A stretch of DNA of 64,000 bases, from assembly GCF_009914755.1 (NCBI RefSeq), contig NC_060940.1. One strand, written 5' to 3'. Shown piece after piece: positions 42,416 to 56,900 of the stretch (position 1 is its first letter; each line of letters starts with the position of its first letter). The position numbers and the translations under genes were made by a program. The notes under the pieces were generated by a model, which had not been told where the DNA came from, did no database searches, and worked only from the letters and a program-made list of their open reading frames with translations. The stretch is from the human T2T-CHM13v2.0 reference genome, Homo sapiens.

Positions 42416-45400
42416 CCATTCAATTCCATACTCCGATGATTTCTTTTGAGCCCATTCAATGCTTCCACTCGATTCCATATGATGACTCCATTCGATGAAA
42501 TTCGATGATGATTCCATTCGCTTGCTTTCGATGATGATTCCACTTGAGTCCGTTAGAAGATTCTATTCAATTACATTCCATGACGATTCCGTTCGAGTCC
42601 ATTTGATGATTCCATTAGACTCCATTCGACGATGATTCCATTCGATGTCATTCGATGATTCCATTCGATCTCATTCGATGATGATTCCATTCAACTCCAT
42701 TCGATGTTTCCATTCGAGTTCATTCTATTATTCCATTACATTCCATTCGATGATGATTCCATTCGATTCCATTTGATGATTGCATTCTATTTCATTTGAT
42801 GATGATTCCATTCGAGTCCACTCGATGATTCCATTCGAGTCCATTTAATGAATCCATTGGTTTCAATTCTATGATGATTACATTGGATTCCATTCGTTGA
42901 TGATTTCATTCGGTTCCATTCAATGATGATTCTATTCAATTCCTTTCAATGTTTCCATTCAATTCCATACGATGATGATTCCATTTGATTTGATTCGACA
43001 GTGAGCCATTCGATTCAATTCCATGATGATTCTATTTTATTCAATTGGTTGACATTTCCATTCGATTCCATTCGATAATGATTCCCTTTGATTCCATTCA
43101 AAGATGATTCCATTCTAGCCCATTCAATCATTCCATTCGATTCTATTCAATGATGATTCCATTCATGTCGATTTGGTGATTCCATTTGACTTCATTTGAT
43201 GATGATTCCTTTCAAGTTCATTAGATGATTCCATTCGATTCCATTTGATGATGATCCCATTCGAGTCCATTCAGTGATTCCATTCGTTTCCATTCCATGA
43301 TGATTCCATTCCATTCCATGCAATGATTCCATTCGATTCCGTTTGATGATGATTTCATTCGAGTCCATTTGATGATTCCATTTGATTCCATTCGATGATG
43401 ATTACATTCGAATCCATACGATGATTCCACTCAATTCCATATGATGATGATTCCATTCGATTCCATTCGATGATTCCATTCTATTCTATTCAATGGTGAT
43501 TCCATTCGAGTACATTAGATGATTCCATTCGATTCCATTCAATGATGATTCTATTTGTGTCCCTTAGATGGTTCCACATGATTCCATTTCATGATGATAC
43601 TATTTGAGCCCATCCAATGATTCCCTTCGATTCCATTCGATGAGGATTCCATTCGATTCAATTCATTGGTGATTCTATTCAATTCAATTCTTTGATTCCA
43701 TTCCATTCCATTCGACAATGATTCCATTCGATTTCTTTAGATAATTCCACTCGATTCCACTTGACATTGATTCCATTCGATTCCATTCAATGATTCCGTT
43801 TGATTCCAGTGGATGATGATTGCCATCGATTCCATTCGATCACTCCATTCTATTCCATTTGATGATGATTACATTCGATTCCATTTGATGATTCCATCTG
43901 ATTCTATTCGAGGATTCCATTTGATTCCATTCGATGATGATTCCATTCGAGTGCATTCGATGATTTCATTCGAGTACATCCAATGATTCCATTCGAGTCC
44001 ATTTGATGATTCCATTTGATTCCATTTGATTATGATTCTACTAGAGTCCATTCAATGACTCCATTCGAATCCATTCAACAATTCCATTCGAGGCCATTCG
44101 ATGATTCCATTTCATGATTCCATTCGAGTCCATTTAATCATTACAGTCGAGTCCATTTGGTGATTCCACTGGATTTCTTTTGATAATGATAACATTCAAT
44201 TACATTTGATGATGATCCCATTCAATTTCATTTGATGATGATTCCATTAGAGTCCATTCGATGATTTCATTCGAGTCCCTTCATTGATTCCATCCGATTT
44301 CATTGGATGATGACTCCATTCGAATCCATTCGATGATTCCACTCGATTCCATTAGATGGTTCCATTGGAGTCCATTTGATTGTTCCATTCGATTCTATTC
44401 GATTCCTTTCGAAGATTATTCCATTTGAGTCCATTCGATGATGATTCCATTCCATTCCATTCGATGATTCCGTTTGATTCCATTCGATGATTCCCTTCGA
44501 TTCCTTTCTTTGATGATTCCATTCCATTCCATTCAATGATTCCATTCGAATCTATTCCATGATGATTCCTTTCGATTCCATTCGCTGATGTTTCCGTTCA
44601 ATTCCATTCGATGATGATTCCATTCGATTCCATTCATTGAGGATTCCATTTGATTCCATTCAATGATGATTCCATTCTATTCCATTCAATGATTGCATTC
44701 AATTCCATTCAATGATTATCCCATTAGAGTAAACTCAACGATTCCATTCAATACCATTCGATGATGATTCCTTTTGAGTCCATTCAATGATTTCATTCAA
44801 GTCCATTTGATGATTCCTTTCAATTCCATTCTATGATGATTCCATTCGAGTCCATTCGATGATTCCATTCGATTGCATTCGATGATTCCATTATATTCCA
44901 TTCAACGATGATTCCATTCGAGTCCATTCGATGATTCCATTAGAGTACATTTAATGATTGCTTTGTTTTCAATTCGAAGATGATTACATTGGATTCCATT
45001 CTATGATACCATTCGATTCCATTCAATGATGATTCCACTCAAATCCATTGGATGATTCCATTCGTGTCCATTCGGTGATTTCATTAGATTCGATTCGAGG
45101 ATGATTCCATTCGATTCCATTCGATGATGATTCCATTCGAGTCCATATGATGATTCCATTTGATTTCATTTGATGATGATTCCATTCGATTCCATTCGAT
45201 GATGATTCCATTCCAGTCCATATGATCATTCCATTTGATTTCATTCGATGATGATTCCATTCGATTCCATTCGATGATTCCATTCTATTCCATTCGATGA
45301 TGATTCCATTCGAGTCCATTCGATGATTCCATTCGAGTCCATTTAATGATTCCATTGGGTTCAATTCAATGATGATTACATTGGATTCCGTTCTATGATT

Positions 45401-48327
45401 CCATTCAATTCCGTTCATTGACAATTTGATTCCATTCGATCATGATTCCATTTGAGTTCATTCGATGATTCTATTCGATTCTCTTCGATGGTGATTCAAT
45501 TCTATTATATTGGATGATTCCATTCGATTCCATTTGATGTTGATTCAATTCGATTCTATTCGATGATGATTCCATTGGATTTCACTTGATGATTCTATTC
45601 GATTCCATTCAATGATGATTCACTTCTCGTCCATTGGATGATTCCATTTCATTCCATTCGATGATGATTCCATTCGATTCCATTCGATGATTCCATTTGA
45701 TTCCATGCGTCGGTGAGCAATTCGATTCAATTCCATGATGATTCTATTTGATTCAATTAGATGATGTTTCCATTCGAATCCATTCCATGATTATTCCATT
45801 GGAATCCATTCAGCGATGATTCCATATGAGTCAATTCAATGATGATTCCATATGGGTCCGTTCGATGATAATTCCATTTGATTTCATTCGGTGCTTCTAT
45901 TCAATTCCAGTCGATGATGATTCCGTTGGAGTCCATACGATGATTCCATTTGATTTCATTTCATGATGATTCCATTCGATGATGATTACATTGGATTCCA
46001 TTCTATGATTCCATTCAATTCCATTCGTTGATGATTCGATTCCATTCAATGATGATTCCATTTGAGTTCATTCGATGATTCTATTCGATTCCGTTCGATG
46101 GTGATTCAATTCTCTTATATTGGATGAATCCACTCGATTCCATTTGATGATTATTCCATTGGAGTCCACTTAGTGAATCCTTCAGATTCTACTCGAAGAT
46201 GATTCCACTCAAGCACATTCGATGATACCATTCAATTCCATTCGTTGATGCTTCCATTCAAGTGCATTCGATGATATCATTCGATTCCATTTGATGATAA
46301 TTCCATTTGATTCCATGCGATGATTCTATTCGATTCCATTCAATGATAATTCCACTCAGTTCAGTGATTCCTCTGGACTCCATTTGATGATGATTCCATT
46401 CAATGATTCCATTCGATTCTATTCGAAAATGATTCCATTTGAATCCATTTGATGATGATTCCATTAGATTCCATTTGATGATTCCATTCGATTCCATGTG
46501 ACGATCATTCCATTCGATTCCATTTGATGATTCCATTCTATTCTATTCGATGATGATTCCATTCGATTCCATTTGATGATGATTGGATTCGATTCCATTT
46601 GATGATTTCATTTGATTCCATTCGTTAATGATTTCGATCAATTCCATTCGATGATTCCATTCGATTTCATTCGATAATGATTACATCCGAGTCCATTCGA
46701 TGATTCCATTTGAGCCTGTTCGATAATTCCATTTGAGTCCAACCAATGATTCCATTCATTTCCATTCAATGATTCCATTCGAGTCCATTTGATCATTCCG
46801 GTAGTGTCCATTCGATGTTGATTCCATTGGAGTGCATTCGATGATTCCATTCGAGTCCATTTTATGATTTGATTCGAGTCCTTTCGATGATTCCATTCGA
46901 TTCCACTCGATGATGATTTCATTCGAGTCCATTCGACACTTCCAATCGATTCCATTTGATGTTTCCATTCGAGTCCAATTGATGATTCCATTCAATTCCA
47001 TTCGATGATGATTCCGTACGATTCCATTCTGTGATGATTCCATGTGATTGCATTCAATGATGATTCCTTTAGATTGCATTCCATTGTGATTCATTTCGTC
47101 TTCATTCTGTGGTTCCACAGGTTTCCATTCGTGTCCATTCCATTATTCCATTCTATTCCATTTGATGATGATTCCATTCGATTCCATTCATTGGTGATTC
47201 CACTCAATTCCATTCAATGATTCCATTCCATTTCTTTCAACAATGATTCCATTAGTTTCTAATCGATGATCCACTTGATTCCATTTGACGACGATTCCAT
47301 TCTTGTCCATTCGATGATTCCATTTGATTCCATATGATGATGATTCCATTCGATTCCATACGATGATGATTCCATTCGAGTCCATTCAATGGTGATTCCA
47401 TTCAATTCCATTCGATGATTCCTTTCGATTCCATTCAATGATGATGGCATTCGATTCCTTTCGATCATTCCCTTTGATTCCATTCAAAGGTGATTTCATT
47501 CAAGTCCATTCGATAATTGCATTCGATTCCATTCTATGATGATTCCATTCGAGTCCATTTGAGGATTCCATTCAATTCAAGTCAATGATGATTCCATTCG
47601 ATTCCACTCGATGATTCCATTGGATTCCATTCGATGATGATTCCATTCAAATCCATTCGATAATTCAATTCAAGTCCATTCGATGATGATTCCAATCGAA
47701 TCCATTCAAAGATTCCACTCAATTCCATTCGATGATGATTCCCTTAGATTCCATTCGATGATTCCACTTGATTCCATTTACGATGATTCCATTCGATTCC
47801 ATGTGATGATTCCATTCAATTCTATTCAATGATGTTTCCACTTGATTCCATTCGAACATGATTGCCTTTGATTCCATTCAATGATTCCATACGGTTCCAT
47901 TTGATGATGATTCCATTCGAGTGCATTAGATGATTCCATTCGAGTCCATTCGATGATTCCATTCGATTCCATTCGATGTTGATTCTGTTCAAATCCATTC
48001 GATGATTCCACTCGATTCCATTCGATGACTCCATTTGATCCCATTCGATGATTTCCTGTGATTCCCTTTGATGATCATTCCATTTCATTCAATTCGGTGA
48101 TTTCATTTGATTCCATTCAGTGATGTTTCCATTCAACTCCTTTCGATGATGATTCCATTCGACTCCATTCGATTATGATTTCATTCAATTCCATTCGATA
48201 ATGATTCCCTTCAAGTCCATTCGATGATTCCATTCGATTCCATTCAACGATGATTTGATTCGTGTCCATTCGATGATTCCATTTGATTCCATTTGATGAT
48301 GATTCCATTCGAGTCCCTTTGATGATT
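42416..48327 (+). repeat. Higher-order unit 8, structural variant (5,912 bp)
   Basis: Relative to the canonical unit: -170 (~43403), -10 (~44110), +52 (~45130), +49 (~46470-46530), +3 (~47735), -72 (~47905). The sum is -148, which matches the landmark spacing 42416 to 48328. Many substitutions occur after ~43400. Confidence 0.9.
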
Positions 48328-51300
48328 CCATTCAATTCCATTCTCCGATGATTTCTTTTGAGCCCATTCAATGCTTCCACTCGATTCCATATGATGATGA
48401 CTCCATTTGATGAAATTCCATGATGATTCCATTCGCTTGCATTCGATGATGATTCCACTTGAGTCCGTTAGAAGATTCTATTCAATTACATTCCATGACG
48501 ATTCTGTTCGAGTCTATTTGATGATTCCATTAGACTCCATTCGACGATGATTCCATTCGATGTTATTCGATGATGATTCCATTCAACTCCATTCGATGTT
48601 TCCATTCGAGTTCATTCTATTATTCCATTAGATTCCATTCCATGATGATTCCATTCGATTCCATTTGATGATTGCATTCTATTTCATTTGATGATGATTC
48701 CATTCGAGTCCATTCGATGATTCCATTCGAGTCCATTTAATGAATCCATTGGTTTCAATTCTATGATGATTACATTGGATTCCATTCGTTGATGATTTCA
48801 TTCGATTCCATTCAAGGATGATTCCATTCAATTCCATTCAATGATTCCATTCAATTCCATACGATGATGATTCCATTTGATTTGATTCGACAGTGAGCCA
48901 TTCGATTCAATTCCATGATGATTCTATTTTATTCAATTGGTTGACATTTCCATTCGATTCCATTCGATGATGATTCCATTTGATTCCATTCAAAGATGAT
49001 TCCATTCTAGCCCATTCAATCATTCCATTCGATTCTATTCAATGATGATTCCATACATGTCGATTTGGTGATTCCATTTGACTTCATTTGATGATGATTC
49101 CTTTCAAGTTCATTAGATGATTCCATTCGATTCCATTTGATGATGATCCCATTCGAGTCCATTCAATGATTCCACTCGTTCCATTCCATGATGATTCCAT
49201 TCCATTCCATTCAATGATTCCATTCGATTCCGTTTGATGATGATTTCATTCGAGTCCATTTGATGATTCCATTTGATTCCATTCGATGATGATTACATTC
49301 GAGTCCATACGATGATTCCACTCAATTCCATATGATGATGATTCCATTCGATTCCATTCGATGATTCCATTCTATTCTATTCAATGGTGATTCCATTCGA
49401 GTACATTAGATGATTCCATTCGATTCCATTCAATGATGATTCTATTTGTGTCCCTTAGATGGTTCCACATGATTCCATTTCATGATGATATTTTGAGCCC
49501 ATCCAATGATTCCCTTCGATTCCATTCGATGAGGATTCCATTCGATTCAATTCATTGGTGATTCTATTCAATTCAATTCTTTGATTCCATTCCATTCCAT
49601 TCGACAATGATTCCATTCGATTTCTTTCGATGATTCCACTCGATTCCACTTGACATTGATTCCATTCGATTCCATTCAATGATTCCGTTTGATTCCAGTG
49701 GATGATGATTGCCATCGATTCCATTCGATCACTCCATTCTATTCCATTTGATGATGATTACATTCGATTCCATTTGATGATTCCATCTGATTCTATTCGA
49801 GGATTCCATTTGATTCCATTCGATGATGATTCCATTCGAGTGCATTCGATGATTTCATTCGAGTACATCCAATGATTCCATTCGAGTCCATTTGATGATT
49901 CCATTTGATTCCATTTGATTATGATTCTACTAGAGTCCATTCAAAGACTCCATTCGAATCCATTCAACAATTCCATTCGAGGCCATTCGATGATTCCATT
50001 TCATGATTCCATTCGAGTCCATTTAATCATTACAGTCGAGTCCATTTGGTGATTCCACTGGATTTCTTTTGATAATGATAACATTCAATTACATTTGATG
50101 ATGATCCCATTCAATTTCATTTGATGATGATTCCATTAGAGTCCATTCGATGATTTCATTCGAGTCCCTTCATTGATTCCATCCGATTTCATTGGATGAT
50201 GACTCCATTCGAATCCATTCGATGATTCCACTCGATTCCATTAGATGGTTCCATTGGAGTCCATTTGATTGTTCCATTCGATTCTATTCGATTCCTTTCG
50301 AAGATTATTCCATTTGAGTCCATTCGATGATGATTCCATTCCATTCCATTCGATGATTCCGTTTGATTCCATTCGATGATTCCCTTCGATTCCTTTCTTT
50401 GATGATTCCATTCCATTCCATTCAATGATTCCATTCGAATCTATTCCATGATGATTCCTTTCGATTCCATTCGCTGATGTTTCCGTTCAATTCCATTCGA
50501 TGATGATTCCATTCGATTCCATTCATTGAGGATTCCATTTGATTCCATTCAATGATGATTCCATTCTATTCCATTCAATGATTGCATTCAATTCCATTCA
50601 ATGATTATCCCATTAGAGTAAACTCAACGATTCCCTTCAATACCATTCGATGATGATTCCTTTTGAGTCCATTCAATGATTTAATTCAAGTCCATTTGAT
50701 GATTCCTTTCAATTCCATTCTATGATGATTCCATTCGAGTCCATTCGATGATTCCATTCAATTCCATTCGATGATGATTCCATTCGAGTACATATGATCA
50801 TTCCATTTGATTTCATTCGATGATGGTTCCATTCGATTCCATTCGATGATTCCATTCTATTCCATTCGATGATGATTCCATTCGAGTCCATTCGATGATT
50901 CCTTTCGAGTCCATTTAATGATTCCATTGGGTTCAATTCAATGATGATTACATTGGATTCCGTTCAATGATTCCATTCAATTCCGTTCATTGACAATTTG
51001 ATTCCATTCGATGATGATTCCATTTGAGTTCATTCGATGATTCTATTCGATTCTCTCCGATGGTGATTCAATTCTATTATATTGGATGATTCCATTCGAT
51101 TCCATTTGATGTTGATTCAATTCGATTCTATTCGAAGATGATTCCATTGGATTTCACTTGATGATTCTATTCGATTCCATTCAATGATGATTCACTTCTC
51201 GTCCATTGGATGATTCCATTTCATTCCATTCGATGATGATTCCATTCGATTCCATTCGATGATTCCATTTGATTCCATGCGACGGTGAGCAATTCGATTC

Positions 51301-53919
51301 AATTCCATGATGATTCTATTTGATTCAATTAGATGATGTTTCCATTCGAATCCATTCCATGATTATTCCATTGGAATCCATTCGGCGATGATTCCATATG
51401 AGTCAATTCAATGATGATTCCATATGGGTCCGTTCGATGATAATTCCATTTGATTTCATTCGATGCTTCTATTCAATTCCAGTTGATGATGATTCCGTTG
51501 GAGTCCATACGATGATTCCATTTGATTTCATTTGATGATGATTCCATTCGATGACGATTACATTGGATTCCATTCTATGATTCCATTCAATTCCATTCGT
51601 TGATGATTCGATTCCATTCAATGATGATTCCATTTGAGTTCATTCGATGATTCTATTCGATTCCATTCTATGGTGATTCAATTCTCTTATATTGGATGAT
51701 TCGACTCGATTCCATTTGATGATTATTCCATTGGAGTCCACTTAGTGAATCCTTTAGATTCTACTCGAAGATGATTCCATTCGAGTCCATTCGATGATAC
51801 CATTCAATTCCATTCGTTGATGCTTCCATTCAAGTGCATTCGATGATATCATTCGATTTCATTTGATGATAAATCCATTTGATTCCATGAGATGATTCTA
51901 TTCGATTCCATTCAATGATAATTCCATTCAATTCAGTGATTCCTCTGGACTCCATTTGATGATGATTCCATTCAATGATTCCATTCGATTCTATTCGAAA
52001 ATGATTCCATTTGAATCCATTTGATGACGATTCCATTCCATTCCATTTGATGATTCCATTCTATTCTATTCGATGATGATTCCATTCGATTCCATTCGAT
52101 GATGATTGGATTCGATTCCATTTGATGATTTCATTTGATTCCATTCGTTAATGATTTCGATCAATTCCATTCGATGATTCCATTCGATTCCATTCGATAA
52201 TGATTACATCCGAGTCCATTCGATGATTCCATTTGAGCCTGTTCGATAATTCCATTTGAGTCCAACCAATGATTCCATTCATTTCCATTCAATGATTCCA
52301 TTCGAGTCCATTTGATCATTCCGGTAGGGTCCATTCGATGTTGATTCCATTGGAGTGCATTCGATGATTCCATTCGAGTCCATTTTAGGATTTGATTCGA
52401 GTCCTTTCGATGATTCCATTCGATTCCACTCGATGATGATTTCATTCGAGTCCATTCGACACTTCCAATCGATTCCATTTGATGATTCCATTCGAGTCCA
52501 ATTGATGATTCCATTCAATTCCATTCGATGATGATTCCGTACGATTCCATTCTGTGATGATTCCATGTGATTGCATTCAATGATGATTCCTTTCGATTGC
52601 ATTCGATTATGATTCATTTCGTGTTCATTCTATGGTTCCACAGGTTTCCATTCGTGTCCATTCCATTATTCCATTCTATTCCATTTGATGATGATTCCAT
52701 TCGATTCCATTCATTGGTGATTCCACTCAATTCCATTCAATGATTCCATTCCATTTTTTTCAACAATGATTCCATTAGTTTCTAAACGATGATCCACTTG
52801 ATTCCATTTGACGACGATTCCATTCTTGTCCATTCGATGATTCCATTTGATTCCATATGATGATGATTCCATTCGATTCCATACCATGATGATTCCATTC
52901 GAGTCCATTCAATGGTGATTCCATTCAATTCCATTCGATGATTCCTTTCGATTCCATTCGATGATGATGGCATTCGATTCCTTTCAATCATTCCCTTTGA
53001 TTCCATTCAAAGGTGATTTCATTCAAGTCCATTCGATAATTGCATTCGATTCCATTCTACGATGATTCCATTCGAGTCCATTTGATGATTCCATTCAATT
53101 CAAGTCAATGATGATTCCATTCGATTCCATTCGATGATTCCATTGGATTCCATTCGATGATGATTCCATTCAAATCCATTCGATAATTCAATTCAAGTCC
53201 ATTCGATGATGATTCCAATCGAATCCATTCAAAGAATCCACTCAGTTCCATTCGATGATTCCCTTAGATTCCATTCGATGATTCCACTTGATTCCATTTA
53301 CGATGATTCCATTCGATTCCATGTGATGATTCCATTCAATTCTATTCAATGATGTCTCCATTTGATTCCAATCGACCATGACTGCCTTTGATTCCATTCA
53401 GTGATTCCATTCGGTTCCGTTTGATGATGATTCCGTTCGATTCCATTTGATGATTCCATTTGATTCCATTGGATGAGTCCATTCGATTACATTCGATGAT
53501 TATTCCATTCGAGTGCATTAGATGATTCCATTCGAGTCCATTCGATGATTCCATTCGATTCCATTCGATGTTGATTCTGTTCAAATCCATTCGATGATTC
53601 CACTCGATTCCATTCGATGACTCCATTTGATCCCATTCGATGATTTCCTTTGATTCCCTTTGATGATCATTCCATTTGATTCAATTCGGTGATTTCATTT
53701 GATTCCATTCAGTGATGTTTCCATTCGACTCCATTCGATGATGATTCCATTCGACTCCATTCGATTATGATTTCATTCAATTCCATTCGATAATGATTCC
53801 CTTCGAGTCCATTCGATGATTCCATTCGATTCCATTCAATGATGATTTGATTCGTGTCCATTCGATGATTCCATTTGATTCCACTTGATGATGATTCCAT
53901 TCGAGTCCATTTGATGATT
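48328..53919 (+). repeat. Higher-order unit 9, structural variant (5,592 bp)
   Basis: Relative to the canonical unit: +3 (~48395), -23 (~48570), -1 (~49180), -170 (~49294), -2 (~49490), -10 (~50000), -265 (~50759). The sum is -468, which matches the spacing 48328 to 53920. Confidence 0.9.
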
Positions 53920-56900
53920 CCATTCAATTCCATACTCCGATGATTTCTTTTGAGCCCATTCAATGCTTCCACTCGATTCCATATGATGACTCCATTCGAT
54001 GAAATTCGATGATGATTCCATTCGCTTGCTTTCGATGATGATTCCACTTGAGTCCGTTAGAAGATTCTATTCAATTACATTCCATGACGATTCCGTTCGA
54101 GTCCATTTGATGATTCCATTAGACTCCATTCGACGATGATTCCATTCGATGTCATTCGATGATTCCATTCGATCTCATTCGATGATGATTCCATTCAACT
54201 CCATTCGATGTTTCCATTCGAGTTCATTCTATTATTCCATTAGATTCCATTCGATGATGATTCCATTCGATTCCATTTGATGATTGCATTCTATTTCATT
54301 TGATGATGATTCCATTCGAGTCCACTCGATGATTCCATTCGAGTCCATTTAATGAATCCATTGGTTTCAATTCTATGATGATTACATTGGATTCCATTCG
54401 TTGATGATTTCATTCGGTTCCATTCAATGATGATTCCATTCAATTCCTTTCAATGTTTCCATTCAATTCCATACGATGATGATTCCATTTGATTTGATTC
54501 GACAGTGAGCCATTCGATTCAATTCCATGATGATTCTATTTTATTCAATTGGTTGACATTTCCATTCGATTCCATTCGATAATGATTCCCTTTGATTCCA
54601 TTCAAAGATGATTCCATTCTAGCCCATTCAATCATTCCATTCGATTCTATTCAATGATGATTCCATTCATGTCGATTTGGTGATTCCATTTGACTTCATT
54701 TGATGATGATTCCTTTCAAGTTCATTAGATGATTCCATTCGATTCCATTTGATGATGATCCCATTCGAGTCCATTCAGTGATTCCATTCGTTTCCATTCC
54801 ATGATGATTCCATTCCATTCCATGCAATGATTCCATTCGATTCCGTTTGATGATGATTTCATTCGAGTCCATTTGATGATTCCATTTGATTCCATTCGAT
54901 GATGATTCCATTCGAGTCCATTCGATGATTCTATTCGAATCCATTTGATGATTTCTTTTGATTATAGTTGGTGATGATTCCATTGGAGTCCATTCAATGA
55001 TTCCATTCGATTCCAATCGATGGTGATTCCATTAGAGTCCATTTAATGATTCCATTTGATTCCAGTCTCTGATGATTACATTCGAGTCCATACGATGATT
55101 CCACTCAATTCCATATGATGATGATTCCATTCGATTCCATTCGATGATTCCATTCTATTCTATTCAATGGTGATTCCATTCGAGTACATTAGATGATTCC
55201 ATTCGATTCCATTCAATGATGATTCTATTTGTGTCCCTTAGATGATTCCACATGATTCCATTAGATGATGATACTATTTGAGCCCATCCAATGATTCCCT
55301 TCGATTCCATTCGATGAGGATTCCATTCGATTCAATTCATTGGTGATTCTATTCAATTCAATTCTTTGATTCCATTCCATTCCATTCGACAATGATTCCA
55401 TTCGATTTCTTTCGATGATTCCACTCGATTCCACTTGACATTGATTCCATTCGATTCCATTCAATGATTCCATTTGATTCCAGTGGATGATGATTGCCAT
55501 CGATTCCATTCGATCACTCCATTCTATTCCATTTGATGATGATTACATTCGATTCCATTTGATGATTCCATCTGATTCTATTCGAGGATTCCATTTGATT
55601 CCATTCGCTGATGATTCCATTCGAGTCCATTCGATGATTTCATTCGAGTACATCCAATGATTCCATTCGAGTCCATTTGATGATTCCATTTGATTCCATT
55701 TGATTATGATTCTACTAGAGTCCATTCAATGACTCCATTCGAGTCCATTCAACAATTCCATTCGACTCCATTCGATGATTCCATTCGATTCCATTTGATG
55801 ATTCCATTCGAGTCCATTTAATCATTACAGTCGAGTCCATTTGGTGATTCCGCTGGATTTCCTTTGATAATGATACCATTCAATTACATTTGATGATGAT
55901 CCCATTCAATTTCATTTGATGATGACTCCATTAGAGTCCATTCGATGATTTTATTCGAGTCCCTTCATTGATTCCATCCGATTTCAATGGATGATGACTC
56001 CATTCGAGTCCATTCGATGATTCCACTCGATTCCATTAGATGATTCCATTGGAGTCCATTTGATTGTCCCATTTGATTCCATTCGATTCCTTTCGAAGAT
56101 TATTCCATTTGAGTCCATTCGATGATGATTCCATTCCATTCCATTCGATGATTCCGTTTGATTCCATTCGATGATTCCCTTCGATTCCTATCTTTGATGA
56201 TTCCATTCCATTCCATTCAATGATTCCATTCGAATCTATTCCATGATGATTCCTTTCGATTCCATTCGCTGATGTTTCCGTTCAATTCCATTCGATGATG
56301 ATTCCATTCGATTCCATTCATTGAGGATTCCATTTGATTCCATTCAATGATGATTCCATTCTATTCCATTCAAAGATTGCATTCAATTCCATTCAATGGT
56401 TATCCCATTAGAGTAAACTCAACGACTCCATTCAATACCATTCGATGATGATTCCTTTTGAGTCCATTCAATGATTTCATTCAAGTCCATTTGATGATTC
56501 CTTTCAATTCCATTCTATGATGATTCCATTCGAGTCCATTCGATGATTCCATTCGATTGCATTCGATGATTCCATTATATTCCATTCAATGATGATTCCA
56601 TTCCAGTCCATTCGATGATTCCATTAGAGTACATTTAATGATTGCTTTGTTTTCAATTCGAAGATGATTACATTCGATTCCATTCTATGATACCATTCGA
56701 TTCCATTCAATGATGACTCCACTCAAATCCATTGGATGATTCCATTCGTGTCCATTCGGTGATTTCATTAGATTCCATTCGAGGATGACTCCATTCGATT
56801 CCATTCGATGATTCCATTCAATTCCATTCGATGATGATTCCATTCCAGTCCATATGATCATTCCATTTGATTTCATTCGATGAGGATTCCATTCGATTCG

